Origin: Monosiga brevicollis MX1
Taxonomy: Eukaryota
Length of the DNA: 64,000 bases
Direction of reading: 5' to 3'
Assembly: GCF_000002865.3 (NCBI RefSeq)
Contig: NW_001865056.1
Span: forward strand, 294,455-358,454
The position numbers were made by a program, and so were the translations under genes. Every line of letters starts with the position of its first letter. The stretch's first letter is position 1. The notes under the pieces were generated by a model. The model was not told where the DNA came from, made no database searches, and saw only the letters and a program-made list of their open reading frames with translations. Positions 23,934-37,657 of the stretch are shown here, piece by piece.

Positions 23934-26334
23934 CGTCCTCTCGCATATGTGCGCGCGTGTTGTGTTAGCTTGTGTCTGTGGTTGTTTGCCGGCTGCGCAT
24001 GTCCTTGTCCCTCCTTTTCGTGAGCTTTTGCGAGTGTGCCAGCCCCAAAGCACCCCACAGGCCAAAATGTCTGACAATATCTTGCTCGCTCTCGCTCTCT
24101 CTCTTACCTCTCCTTCCTGCACAGGGGGGGGATTCGTGTAGGGTATCGTGTTGGGAGCGGGAAGGACTTGTGAGTGTGGTGCGCGTTACCCTGAGGGTTG
24201 GTTGTTGGGTTGGTTGGTGTTTGTTTTCCTTCTTGACCCCCCCCGGCTCTTGCTTGCAATCGCCCCAAACCTCGGAACGGAACGGACGCCGAGGTCCGCG
24301 TTGGCTGGCGCCGATGCTCGAATTGCTGCCGACGTACGCTAGGCGCCCCCCCCCCACTGACTGTTGCGACGCCGTGCTCTTCATTCTTGATCCTCAAGCG
24401 TCTCTATGCGTTTGAGCGTCGTATCGGCCACCCCAAACCCCGTTGAGAAACTCGCTCGTCAATAAAACTTATTTGAATTGACTTATCACTTGCTGCCGAG
24501 TGTCAAAAGCGCTGACTGCCAGTCGCACACCAGTGGGACACTCCGACGCGCCAACATGCCATGAGTAGAGGAGAGACACACGCGCACTCGAGAGCGGCGG
24601 CATTGCACGCTGACCGGGATCCCGTATTTGCGATGCTCGGGCGCGTTACTGCAACGGTGTGTGACGTCATGATGGGGAGTTGATTCCGAGTTGGATTGTT
24701 TCTGGACCTACTTGGTATGTTGCACTTCACTTGATGCTCTCTCTCTCTCTCAAACTCTCTCTCTCGCAAACTCTCTCTTTGTTGGACTGTTACAGCAGCA
24801 ACGGCGGCAAGGGCTTTGTCCATTCTGCGGACGCCCTCACGTCACCCTGCCTCTCACACCGCATAGGCAATCGGAGCATAGCACGCCTTCACAAACTGCC
24901 GTCGCCCATATGGCCCACGGGTGCCAGCATGCCTGCCGTCATCGCCGCCCGACAAGACTGATCCCGGTCACGTTGTAGTCCCCCGCCTTCCCGGCGAAGC
25001 GCACCCCAACTCAAAGGACTTGACTGGGCGTGGAATGTCCTGACACAACGACCGCACCGCACGCAGGCGCTCGTGCCCGTCCCGTCTTCCTTTCCTCAAA
25101 GCTGAACACTTGAATTTGCCTGCAGTAGAAAAGGAATTCAACGCCAAAAGAGGACAGGGCCTCACCACAGCACCCCAACAGGATGACCGGCCCAATTCAT
25201 CAAAGCCAAGTAGACGGCATATCTGGCGAAACAGACTCCCCTCCCAATTCACCAGTCGTCACCCACCCGCTCCTGTTTCTCACCCCTTCTCTTGGTTCTT
25301 CGGACCTCTCTTCACTCAGTCCCAAACCTGAACTGCCAACTTCTCACCCTCCCTCACCCCCCTCTTCCATGCTTGTGAGTTGCTCATTGCTTGTGTGCTT
25401 CTCTCTCTTTCTCTTTGTTTGCTTCCTTTGTTCCTGAGGTTCTTTGTTTCCGCTTGCAGGCTTAATGTTGGTTCTGTTCCTATTCATGTCGTTTCGGCTC
25501 CAGTCCCTAACCCTTTTCCTTAACCCATTACCCCCCAGTTTTTGCAGAGGATATAGCCATTCATGTATGCAGCTCCCACCGGCTGCTTTCCACACACACT
25601 CTCTCTCTCCTTTGCCCTGAGCCCAGACACATAGTCGTACGCACATTTGCGTGTACAAGTGCTAGCTTGGTGAGGGGACTCATTTTTCAACCGGATCGCG
25701 GCGGCGCGAGCATCGCGCGTTTCGTTTCGTTTCGTTTCGTTTGTGGCTATATTTCCCCAACCTCCTTGATTCGTTTCAGCCCCTTCTTGGTCTTTTGCAT
25801 AAACGCACCTGCAAGTGAAGGCCAAGACGCGTTTTGCAGAAACCGATCAACGCCTTTTCTCGAGAGAGTGTGAGTCCTCGCCAACAGCCGCGCACATGCC
25901 TCTTCCTGTGCTTGAATCCCCGAGACTTTCTTTGGCCTCTGCCATCGCTGTACCGTCCTCTTTATTCGGGTGCTGCTGCTCTCCTTTGAGTCATGGTTGC
26001 ACACCACACCACACCACACACACACACACGCACCATCGCTTTACCACCTGCTTTGATTCATGCATGCGTACCGTGAGTGGCTGCCCTTTGGCCTCGATGC
26101 TTGGCTTTGCTTCAACTTCCAACCTTTGCCAATTTGAGCGAGATCATGCATCGCACCATACTCTGCATTCTCTTGGTGTTTCTGAGTGTTGCATCGCCTC
26201 GCATGGCCAGCCTTTGTGTATGCCATGCCCCTGGCCGCCCATTCTCAAAGGAAGCCTCGTACCATTGTCTCTTGGCTACCCGCCTCGGCTGCTGTTGTTG
26301 ATGCGGGCCCTGATGGCATGTCAATCAATCACCT

Positions 26335-26352
26335 CACACACACACACACACA

Positions 26353-26405
<53 letters not shown>

Positions 26406-26445
26406 GCGCACACACGCACAAACACACACTCACTCACGCACGCGC
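26335..26445. repeat. Compound (CA)n(CT)n(CA)n microsatellite
   Basis: Visible directly, about 70 bp upstream of the assembly gap. Confidence 0.9.
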
Positions 26446-26512
26446 GCATGCAGCCAACCGTGTCAAGATTCTTGCTGCGCACTTTGGTGTTGCTTCTGCA
26501 TTAAACTCTTTG

Positions 26513-27056
26513 NNNNNNNNNNNNNNNNNNNNNNNNNNNNNNNNNNNNNNNNNNNNNNNNNNNNNNNNNNNNNNNNNNNNNNNNNNNNNNNNNNNNNNNN
26601 NNNNNNNNNNNNNNNNNNNNNNNNNNNNNNNNNNNNNNNNNNNNNNNNNNNNNNNNNNNNNNNNNNNNNNNNNNNNNNNNNNNNNNNNNNNNNNNNNNNN
26701 NNNNNNNNNNNNNNNNNNNNNNNNNNNNNNNNNNNNNNNNNNNNNNNNNNNNNNNNNNNNNNNNNNNNNNNNNNNNNNNNNNNNNNNNNNNNNNNNNNNN
26801 NNNNNNNNNNNNNNNNNNNNNNNNNNNNNNNNNNNNNNNNNNNNNNNNNNNNNNNNNNNNNNNNNNNNNNNNNNNNNNNNNNNNNNNNNNNNNNNNNNNN
26901 NNNNNNNNNNNNNNNNNNNNNNNNNNNNNNNNNNNNNNNNNNNNNNNNNNNNNNNNNNNNNNNNNNNNNNNNNNNNNNNNNNNNNNNNNNNNNNNNNNNN
27001 NNNNNNNNNNNNNNNNNNNNNNNNNNNNNNNNNNNNNNNNNNNNNNNNNNNNNNNN
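26513..27056. other. Assembly gap (N run)
   Basis: Run of N; followed by (CT)n. Confidence 1.
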
Positions 27057-27187
<131 letters not shown>

Positions 27188-27308
27188 CCTCAACTCACAA
27201 TCTTCAACTTTTTTCTTGAATTTAGGGGATTTGTGTGGCTCGGCTGTCTCAGCATGACCGCACAGCTCGGGTAGATCAAGATCCACCTGGGTAGTCCTTG
27301 CCCTTGAA

Positions 27309-28580
27309 TTGTCGCTCAAACGCGACGCTTCCCTTCATTCCCTCGGCCCGGCTCGTCGACACGGCGCTCCGCCCACCATGGCGGCCCCTGAGACCATTTT
27401 GCCTCAAGCCGGTCTGGGTCAGGCAGTGGTGATTGCCCGCCCGTACAGCTCCAACCAGCTTCCCGGCCCTGCAAAACACATCGAGCTCGGCAACTTTGGT
27501 CGCCTCGCTGCTCTTGCCTTTGAGGTTGGCCCCCCGCTCTTTGTGGATATGGCTAGCAAGGATGTTCTACACCGTCTCCCAAACTGCCATGCTGCCGATA
27601 ATACCCGGGTCCGCGTCACCGCCGACGGCCTCATCTCACTCAGCTGCGACCAAAACGGTGACGCATGTGTTGTCTATGTGCCCACACCGGAGCTCTTGGG
27701 CCACATCACCCTGGCGCCTGGCTGCTGCGCTTTTGCCATGACCAAGAGCGGGGAGTTTGCGTGGGCCATCGATCACCAAGCCCACCTCCATGCTTGGCAC
27801 CTCCCCACCTTTGCCAAGATTGCCTCTGTCCCCATGGATCCCCATGGGCAGTTTGGGACCGTAGTGGACGTAGCCTGTGCTGAATCACACAGCACTCTGC
27901 TCGTTGCCTGGACCCAGGCCGTCGAACTGTTCTCCCTCGCTTCAGCCACAGACCTTACCAAGCGCGTCAGCCTTACCGCCACACACGCCATTACCTCAGC
28001 CCTTGCGATCAATACCAACAATACCCTCTTTGCCTTTGGTGACGCACATGCCCGTATTGCCCTCCACACCATCGCCGATGGTGCCCTTCTCAAAATCTTC
28101 CAGCACTTTGACTCTAGCCGACCCATCATTGCGCTCGATCTCAACGCCACCGGAAGTAAGGCCGTCTACGCCATTGAACAAGACCCCTCTTTCTACCTTG
28201 CCAGCATCACCAGTTCTAGCCTCCTGGCTGCCTATCATCACCTATCCAAACCCGTTAATGACGTCAAGTTTCTACACACCATTGACTGCATCATGAGCGT
28301 GGGTCAGGATGGGTTTCTCAAAACCTGGCCCGCCGACGTTTCGGGCTACGTGCGAGCAACACCCGGTCGCACACACGTTCCGGCTCAACCTCAGGCCCCC
28401 GTTGAAGAACTACCCGTGGCGACCGAGCTTCCCGAACACATGCCCGCCCACGCGGCTTCTGCAAACAAACCTCAAGCACCCATCGCCTCGAATGACGTGC
28501 CCCCTCTGCTAGCGCGGCCTCGCTTTCTGGCCTCGGGCCCAAACCCCAACCAAGAGGACAATCTTCCAGACCTGTTTTGA
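27309..28580 (+). CDS. WD40/beta-propeller protein (long terminal exon; true start probably upstream)
   Basis: 423-aa open frame with WD-like blades (AHLHAWHL, AITSALAINTNNTLFAFGDAHARIALH, HLSKPVNDVKF..IMSVGQDGFLKTWP) and a Pro-rich tail. Confidence 0.72.
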   Translation: MSLKRDASLHSLGPARRHGAPPTMAAPETILPQAGLGQAVVIARPYSSNQLPGPAKHIELGNFGRLAALAFEVGPPLFVDMASKDVLHRLPNCHAADNTRVRVTADGLISLSCDQNGDACVVYVPTPELLGHITLAPGCCAFAMTKSGEFAWAIDHQAHLHAWHLPTFAKIASVPMDPHGQFGTVVDVACAESHSTLLVAWTQAVELFSLASATDLTKRVSLTATHAITSALAINTNNTLFAFGDAHARIALHTIADGALLKIFQHFDSSRPIIALDLNATGSKAVYAIEQDPSFYLASITSSSLLAAYHHLSKPVNDVKFLHTIDCIMSVGQDGFLKTWPADVSGYVRATPGRTHVPAQPQAPVEELPVATELPEHMPAHAASANKPQAPIASNDVPPLLARPRFLASGPNPNQEDNLPDLF

Positions 28581-29280
28581 TTCAGGCCCCTCGTCAGCTT
28601 GAGACCGGAACACAACAACAACAACACGCGTTGTTTCCACCACCCTCCGCCATCAACCGGGCATGGTCGTTGTCTGTCTTGCCACCTGCCGTTTGGGACC
28701 CGATGTGTTCGTCGCACTAGGGCTCGCTACGTGCTGGTGGCATTGTGTGTGTTGTCAAGGGTATCGGAGTGACCTACGAGTTTGGTCGCAATTATTGTTT
28801 GTGAACCCTACCCATGCACCAAGTCCTGTCTCCTGTTTTCCGTTCCATGCGCAAAGCAAAGAACAGCTTTGCGGTAAGAAAATGCCGTCGTACATTTGGA
28901 TGTACGTGTAATTCTTCCTTCGCCAGGAAATTAAATTTTACGCTCCCTCTTTGATCTCTCCTTGACCCGTGTCACGCCAGCTCTTGCCAGACACAAACTG
29001 TTTTGTGCCGCAACACACCCAACTGGCCCGCCATCAGAGACACACTCACACACGCAAGTCGATACCCTATCTACATTCATAACATCACTGTCAACGCGAT
29101 TTAACACAAGCAGTCACATATAATCTGCATCAAGCACATGTTTTGCTTCAATAACTCGTGTGCGTGCTGACAACAGCATTTTGATGGCGGGCGACTCGAG
29201 ATGATCATGGTCCTGTGACGCTGTGGCAGGGGGAGCAGAGCGGGAAAGGAGATGTTGGTGAGCAGGGTGGGCATGTCAAG

Positions 29281-31079
29281 ATGAGCGAGCCACGAGATGA
29301 CCGGGCTGTGCCACAGCCAGTGCTGGTCTCGGATCGAATGGCGACCGTGCTGGGCGCGCCGACGGGTGCGCTTCGTATCCTTGAACTGACGGACTCAGCC
29401 CCGTCGAGCGCACGGCGTTTGACCATTGACCCAACCGCCGTGACCCACTGGGCGCAATGCTGGCAGTCGCTCTGCACCGCATTGGGCAAACAGCACAACG
29501 CAGCATCGCCACAACGCCAGCCAACTGTTGGTTTTTATGCTGAACACGGCACTGTCACAACTCTCCTCCTGCACAGGTACCACCCGCCTGCCGAGATCAC
29601 GACCTCAGTTGCCGAACCGACTTGACACGTGCCTCTGGCTTTCAACCGTCGCCTTTCCGTAGCCTGCGACAAGCCAACTGCATTGCGCTCCCTTTGTCCG
29701 TGTCAGAGCATGGACTCGCTCTGGCCCGCGACCATTGCGATCTGCTGGTCGCGCCTTTAACGCTGACTCTCACCGAGTCGACGCTAACTGTGCTACAGCC
29801 GTGGTGCTGTCTGCAAATACTATCATACCAGCTCGTCATCTACAGCCGCCCAAGGCATGAAGACGACCCGGCAGGAAGTGGCCCGCTTTGCCCATGGCCT
29901 GCCGATGAGACTTGGGCCTACGTGCTCTCCACGAGCGGCAGCACGGGCCGCCCCAAGCTGGTCGCAGTCAGCCCAGCCAGCTACGAGCCCAACGTGCGGG
30001 ACGTACAAGACTGGCTACAGCTCTCACATACTGATGTTGTGGCCCACACTACCCTACCCACGTTTGATCCAGCTGTTCTGGAAATTGGCCTCGCCAGCCA
30101 TGCTGGTGCCACGCTCGCCACCTGCCCCTACATTTGGCGTGTATGTCTGCCCGCACTCACCGGCTGCCCACTGGCAAATTCCCATTTTGGTTCGGCAGCC
30201 AATCTCACTTGGCATCTTTGCCTCACTCAACGTTCTCTCAGAGTCATGCCGTGCAGCTGATTGCTGCTTTGTCCCAGACTGGTGTCACCGTTTTACAGGT
30301 TGTTCCCAGCTTTTTCAGCCAGTGCGTTCTCTTGTGGGCTGCCGTGACGACATGCCCCCCACCCCCTGCATCCCCAAAATCGCCAGTCACGTCCGACCTC
30401 ATATTGATCTAGGCTCTTACAAGCGGGTCTGCTGACCATGGTTCCAACCCTGCGCGCCGTACTCCTGGGCGGGGAGCCGCTTCGAGCCGCAGACGTGGCC
30501 ACAAGCCTAGCCGCTGGCCTTCGCGTCTGGGGCCTTTACGGCTTGACAGGCGAGTTGCCCTCTGCTGCGCCGGTCCCGAGTTGATATCCCATTGACAACA
30601 ATATTTATCTCGCGCGTTCGCTTCCTACGCCCTCTCTTGCCTTCACCTTCTCTCTTGCTTTTTTCTATCAATCATTGTTCTCAATGCTGCTCTGCTTCCC
30701 CGCTGTAGAAATGTCTATTTGGCAATGCGGACAGGAATTGACGGCAGCCAACCAAGTTGCTGGTCTGGGCCAACCCATGACTGATACGTCTCTGTCTTTG
30801 GCCCCGGGGGCCGCTGATTTGGGTGATGGCATCGTCTGCGGTGAGCTTGTGCTTCACACTACGCGGCGGCTCACCTGGACCAGCCTCGATGTCGCCGAGC
30901 CGCAAGCTGGAGCGTGCACTCCCCGTTCGGCAGTATCGTGGCAGTGTCGTTCTACGGGTGACCTGGTGCACGTGGCGGCATCACAATTACACCACCTCGA
31001 TAAAGCCAACCCGGTCTTTGCTGGCCGAGCAGACTGGCAGGTAGGCGAGGGCTCGGTCACCATACCTTGCACCGTCCCT

Positions 31080-31114
<35 letters not shown>

Positions 31115-33544
31115 ATCACCCACAGTGTCCCACTCCTCAGTTACTCATTTTACACTCAGGTGAAAATACATGGGCAGCGCATCAACTTGGAGAGCGCTGT
31201 GCCCGTGGAGCACCAGCACCGGGCTATAGTGGTGCCTGTTGCGTTGGCAGGTAGACGTTGGCCACCCTTGCTCTCCGCCTTTTGCTTGCTGGTTGCCACT
31301 CTGCTGCCCGTGTGTCTTGGCATGTACGCTTAAGGCAGCTGGTTTTGTGTCTTTGATAGCGACAACGCACTTGGTACTCGTTCAAGTACAGACGCCAAGC
31401 ACACCACACGATACAGTCCAGGGAGTCGACCTGATGAAATGGCCGACTACGCTGCAAGCAGTGGGTACCGCATCACACTTGGTGCGACCGCACGTTCCAC
31501 TCCTTGCCGCGCTGCTGGTGCATCATGCTTGCTTTCCCGTGACCCAAAATGGCAAGGTACAGGCCATGTCCCCGCTCCCACCCGCACCTCCACCGCTCGC
31601 CATCGCCATGCCCCAATCTCACATATTCCGATTTGAATGTCTGCCGATTGACCACGCTACTGACGCCAGGTTGATCGAGAGGGTTTGGCACGACTCGCAC
31701 AGCAACAAGTAGACAGGGTCCCGCCGAAAACACTCATGGGCTGGGCCATTGCGGCCCATTTACCTGCTCATCTTCGAGCAACCGACTTTTGGCATGCCCC
31801 TCTGCGGTCCTTGGCGTTGCCTTCCCTCCTGCGTGTGGAGTTGGCCGCGCTATGGCAGCAATTTTATCCTCAAACGCAGTTGGCTGAGCTTTTCTCGGCC
31901 CTCGAAAGTGCAAGCACTTTATCAGAGTTGGTTGAAGCCGCTGGCCGGCCTCTGGCTAACCCCGCAACACCCTCACCGGAACGCATGCTGTTGCTGCAAT
32001 CATTTCGCCAAGAAAAGACCGTTACCCCAGCCCCAGAGTTGGAGGTCATGATTGCAGCGCGCATGCACCACTTGTCTTATCGAAGCGCGCTCTACAACTG
32101 GAACCGCAGCCAGGCCACAACAACCGCCCACTGGAACCCTGGGGCCATCCAGCTCTTTGCGGCTTTGGAGTGCATACGGCATGATCGACCGGCTTTACTC
32201 ACACCCAAGGCGTCCTGGACGACTCCATTCGAGGCTTGCGTGGATTGTGACGTTGGTGTCATTGAATGCAGCCTTGACGAGCCTGTGCGTGCAGCAACAG
32301 CGATGAACGGCTCGCCGCCTGCGCAACGGGAACGCCGGGCAGGCGCCGCGCGGTCGCTGGTGCTGGCTGCCGGTCATGATGGCTATGTCAAGTGCATGGA
32401 AGCCGCTTCCGGCTATACATTGTGGGCAACGTGTTTGCCCGAGCGTTGCGGTACGGCTGTCATTCCCTCACCGTAGGTAACCTGCCTTCTTGGGCATTCG
32501 CTTTTTGCCCGCTCGTCAAGCCGCCCTGGCCAGCACAGCCAGCCGGGGTGGTGCTTTCGATGTTTTCCACTCAAATCCTGCTGCTAATGGTCGGCATTTG
32601 ACAGGACTGTGAACCGACTCTTAGTGGGCTGCTATGACGGATGTGTATACGGGCTCGATTGGTTGGGCGGTTTTCAGTTTTCTGTGCGGTGTGGTGATGC
32701 AGTGCGAAGCTCTGCGCGCTTTTGGCACGAATGGGCTATCTTTGGTAGCCATGATGGACACGCGTATGCCCTGCATCTGAGCGCCCTGGGGCAACCCAAA
32801 GACCTTTGGCGTGCCGATGGCGCCGATGGCGTTTGTGTCGCCCTGGAACCTTCCGTCTCCCGCCACATCGTCCCAGTCAAGACGGGTCGCCATGGCAGTC
32901 TGTTAGCCCCACCCACGGTGGCACTGCTTCATGATCTGGCACTGGTCTCTACCCTGGGTGGGCACTTATTCACATTTGCACTTGCTGACAAGCCGGGATG
33001 TCCCGCCCTGCGGCGGCGGCACCATGTTCGCCTTGAAGCGCCCATCTTTGGAGGCGTGGGCCTACGCACCGATGAATATGTGGCGGCCGTGGCTACGGTC
33101 GCCGGGCGTGTGCACTTGCTGCGTGTGCCAGATATGCAGCCGCTGCATGAGGTATCTGCAGATGCACACATTTTTGCAAGACCAGTCTTTGCGTCAAGTC
33201 TCGACAGTTGGCTCGTGCCCACCCATGCACCGGCGCTGCTTGTGATGTGGGAAGACCCGGTGGCGGGAACGGAACCTGGCACCCAGATTCTCAAGACACG
33301 ACAGTGCCCTTTGCCAGGCGTGAGCAGCACCGCATGCTTTGTGTGTGCGAGTGAAGCTCCTGACGTATGGATCTCTTGCGCTGATGGCCAATTGGTATGT
33401 GTGCAAGAACCCTTGGGCGCCGGTCATGTGGTGGCTACGGATACTGGGCATGCGCTCTTTTCCGCACCTGTCGGGGTGGGTGAGCAGGTTATCTTTGGCA
33501 CACGTGGCAACTTGGTGATGGCTCAACCCCGACATCAGCCATGA
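29281..33544 (+). CDS. AASDH: NRPS-like AASDH/ACSF4 (beta-alanine-activating enzyme family): adenylation + carrier + PQQ-type beta-propeller domains
   Basis: A-domain motifs YVLSTSGSTGRPK, TFDPAVLEI, LLGGEP, YGLTE, STGDLV, GRADWQVKIHGQRINLE, PVTQNGK; carrier-like LRSLALPSLLRVEL; propeller repeats LLVGCYDGCVYGLD, IFGSHDGHAYAL, LFSAP, VIFGTRGN. Confidence 0.85.
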
Positions 33545-33711
33545 GCGTCAGCTGGCGAGACTGGCATTGTCATGAGGGTCATTTCTGTTTAATAAGATGA
33601 TATTTAATAGAATATCCGCCATTGGAGACCCATCGGAGAGGCGAAGCTCTGCGCTTTCGCTAAAACTCGGATCTTCTGATTTTTAATAAATCCGTTTCTT
33701 CTTTTTTAATT

Positions 33712-34126
33712 NNNNNNNNNNNNNNNNNNNNNNNNNNNNNNNNNNNNNNNNNNNNNNNNNNNNNNNNNNNNNNNNNNNNNNNNNNNNNNNNNNNNNNNNN
33801 NNNNNNNNNNNNNNNNNNNNNNNNNNNNNNNNNNNNNNNNNNNNNNNNNNNNNNNNNNNNNNNNNNNNNNNNNNNNNNNNNNNNNNNNNNNNNNNNNNNN
33901 NNNNNNNNNNNNNNNNNNNNNNNNNNNNNNNNNNNNNNNNNNNNNNNNNNNNNNNNNNNNNNNNNNNNNNNNNNNNNNNNNNNNNNNNNNNNNNNNNNNN
34001 NNNNNNNNNNNNNNNNNNNNNNNNNNNNNNNNNNNNNNNNNNNNNNNNNNNNNNNNNNNNNNNNNNNNNNNNNNNNNNNNNNNNNNNNNNNNNNNNNNNN
34101 NNNNNNNNNNNNNNNNNNNNNNNNNN
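33712..34126. other. Assembly gap (N run)
   Basis: Run of N; followed by (CT)n. Confidence 1.
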
Positions 34127-34312
<186 letters not shown>

Positions 34313-34331
34313 GGCAGCACACCCCACCGAC

Positions 34332-35533
34332 ATGAATGTGTGGGCGCAAGATCGGGCGGCTGGCGCTGATCATGAGCCGCACATGCAGGGACTGGGGCAG
34401 TTAGGACTTGCCTTTCAGAACCAATACCCGGGTCTTGCACTGCACATGGGGCCCCAGCAGCAGGATGCTGTTGCTCAAGTGTCAAAAGCCAACGCCGAGC
34501 TGCTGCAAGAAACGGCCGCACACGCTCGACTTCTTGAGGTTGGTGGGGCTCCGACCCCTCGGGAAGAACGCAGAAGCAGAAAACCATGCTCACCGCCTGC
34601 TCTTACTCCCATCGCGCTTGCCCTGCCCCCCGTGCGCAAATGCTGCCGCGTGATATGCGCGCGCGATCTAACAGGCACAACGTCAGTTGGAGCTAATGCA
34701 GCTGTTGGACTCGAGTGCTGACTGGCTCTTGACATCAACCTTGGGTGCGTGATGATTATTGGCTCCTCTCCATGATTCCTTTTCAGCTCGGTTCCCTTCT
34801 TCCTTCTTGTCCTTGCCCATCCATTCGTTGACTGAAACTTCTCCATGCGCCTTGATGGTTTTCATGGTGATGGGTTTCGATGAGATAGAGCACAAGCTTG
34901 TGTTGGCCACAGAGCTAAACCACGATTTAACCATGTTACAAGCCAATGTGCAAAAACTGCTCGACTACTTGCACCCTGAACGCCGATCCAGCCCCCACAA
35001 GCAAGCACAACGTCAAGTTTTGCCCATCCACCGCCAACATCAGCAGTACGATCGTGTCGTCCAACGCCCCGGTGCCTGGTGTCGGCTCAGTTCCATGTGG
35101 ACTTGAGGCGCTCAAGTCAATTTGTGCGGGTGATTCGTATCGATTTCCCCTTTCATTGATGTGGCTACACCCTGCTGTGCCGCGATGGGGTCTTGGTTAT
35201 AAAACTAGAACTTTTTTACACTTGGTTCAAGGCGCATGCGATGCGTACCAGCAGCTGAGCCACGTTTTCCACGCGTGTCTCGCTGCCACGGACATCTATG
35301 AGCATCAGGTGCGTGCGCAGGCACCAGTGCTACCCAGCATTGGCGTGGTGTATGCGTGTGCAAAGAAGTGACAAACTCACGCGCCCACATTTGACCCAAC
35401 GGAACTGGACTAGGTTCGTGAGCATATGGGAGCCCTGCAAATTGAGGAGCAGCTCGCTGCTGGCGAACAACAGCTGCATCGTCTTGTCCAAGCCTTTGGT
35501 CAGACCCTGCAGGCTTCAAACCCCCTTCGCTAA
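34332..35533 (+). CDS. Helical protein resembling augmin subunit HAUS2 (multi-exon)
   Basis: Spliced: MNVWAQ..ARLLE/AQRQLELMQLLD../IEHKLVLATELNHDLTMLQANVQKLLDYL..VLPIHRQHQ/..TFLHLVQGACDAYQQL../VREHMGALQIEEQL..NPLR*; the pattern recalls HAUS2 (NPW..QKNLEIELL..NNHL..LPIEAVYH..MVHLL). Confidence 0.5.
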
Positions 35534-35805
35534 CATGAGGTGGACTGACATATCACCAGCGCCTGCCCCCCACGACTGCTCCTGCTTTTCCGACTGGAAT
35601 GGACATGACGGCGAGAAGCTGAGCTTCCGCTTAAATTGAATTGCACTCACTCCCATTTTTTTTTCTACCACTCGAGCTGAGGGCTGAGCGATTGCGCTCT
35701 TGGCTGCTGTTGCAACCCTCACTCATACACGTCGCACATGCATTCCCCCACGACACATTGAACAAGCTTTGAGCAAGCTTCTTCCAATAAACCTCCCCCA
35801 AGTCA

Positions 35806-35852
<47 letters not shown>
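35806..35852. repeat. (CA)n microsatellite upstream of NUBPL
   Basis: Perfect run ending about 45 bp before the ATG. Confidence 0.95.
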
Positions 35853-35856
<4 letters not shown>

Positions 35857-35895
35857 AGTTTTTGGACTTTTCTCTCTCTCTCTTAAATTGTCAGC

Positions 35896-37657
35896 ATGAC
35901 GAGCACGATGCTGCGCCGGGTGGTGGCAGGAGGAGGAGGCGGTGTGGTTCAGCGGTGGCTGGATGGAGCTTCCAGGAGGGGGGGGTTGCTGATGGCGCTG
36001 GGGGGCGGGAGTGATCGGCCGCAGCTGCGATGGTATGCGCGAACTGAAGAGGAAATGCGGGCTTTTGAGAAGCGGCGGACCGAGCGACAGCAGCGCGGTG
36101 AGGGCTACTAGCGCGCCGTCATCCTGCTGTCACATCACGCCCTTGTGACTTGAAGTGCCTAATGCCTCTCTTGGTTCCATAGGTTTGCCCACCAAGCAAG
36201 CCCTTCCCTCCGTCAAGCACGTGGTCTTGGTCTCCTCGGCCAAGGGCGGTGTGGGCAAGTCCACGACCGCCGTCAACCTCGCCGTGGCCCTGACCCAGCT
36301 TCCTGAGGTCGGTGAATGAGCGCCGAGCGCACGCCCCTCCCTTCCCTCCTCTCCTCATCAAGTCCCGCCTGCCCTTCTTGACTCACTTCACCACTTGTTG
36401 GTGTATCGCAAAGGAAGTCGCCGGGCGGCAGCTGCGTATCGGCCTGCTGGATGCGGACGTCTTTGGCCCCAGCTTACCCATTATGATGAATCTGGAAGGT
36501 GAACAACCTGCCGTGGATGAGCAAAAGTTGATACTGCCCATTGAAAACTACGGCCTCCAGTGGTTGGTGCACTCTCTCGAGCCTGCGCGTCTTCTTGAGG
36601 CTTTCCCATGCCCCCACACAGCTCGTCCACAAGACCCACTCATGTAACAAACCTCTGTGCGCTGCCAGCATGTCCATGGGCTTCCTGGTCAACAAGGAAG
36701 ACGCCATGATCTGGCGAGGCCTGATGGTCATTAGCGCCATGAAACGTCTCCTGCATGGGGTCCGCTGGCAGGATCTCGACGTCCTCGTCGTGGACATGCC
36801 CCCTGGCACAGGCGACACCCAGCTCTCCATCTCACAGGAAATCCCAGTCTCTGGGGCCGTAATCGTCTCAACCCCTCAAGACGTGGCTTTGGCTGACGCA
36901 CGCCGGTCAGCAAGGCACTTGACCATGTTACGCTAAGCGCCCTGATAAAACGTTCCCACCTCCTCGTGCCTCACGTCCGGTCATCCGTTTGTACTCGGTA
37001 GAGGTGTGACCATGTTCCGCAAGGTTGGTGTACCCGTGCTTGGAATGGTACAAAACATGTCCTACTTTACTTGCCCCAACTGCGAAGTAAGCGCTCGTCC
37101 CAGCCGAGTAAATCAAGAAGAGGCACAGGTCTGACCAGGTGGCTGCATGGCCCCGGCGTACCTGAGCAAGCTCTTCAACACCTGGCTTTGTCATCGGGTG
37201 TGGAAAGCATTTATGGCTGACCCGGTTCCGATGTGTCATTAGGAAAAGCACTGGTTATTTGGGGACGATGGCGCCGCGCGCCTGGCCAAAGAACTCGACG
37301 TTGATGTACTTGGTAGGCATCTTTAAGGAGCTGGCCACAGCTCGCCTTTTGGGCTGCTCACTGATCACCCGGTTTTACCTGCCCTAGCCAACGTCCCCAT
37401 CCTGCCCGCGCTACGACAGGCCTGCGATACAGGCCGGCCCGTCGCACTTGATTCTTCGAGTCCATTGGTGAGCCTCTGCGCTCCCTTCGGTTTGGCCTTT
37501 GATCCTTCCTGTGCAATCGTGATCGTTGTTTCACCTGCCCATGCTTGGCCGACGCGTCTGTGTCCAGCGAACTGAGTACATCAACTTGGCGCAACACGTC
37601 TGGACTCGCCTTCAAGATGCAGCTCTGCATGACCTGGGAGAGGAGGAGAAAAATTAA
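35896..37657 (+). CDS. NUBPL: Mitochondrial Fe-S carrier P-loop NTPase Ind1/NUBPL (Mrp/NBP35 family)
   Basis: Arg-rich presequence; [86 protein letters not shown]. Confidence 0.95.

Noticed and set aside
22689..24023. 444-aa plus-strand ORF
   Set aside because: Antisense to the SH2 gene and runs through GA and GT microsatellites; no domain signal.
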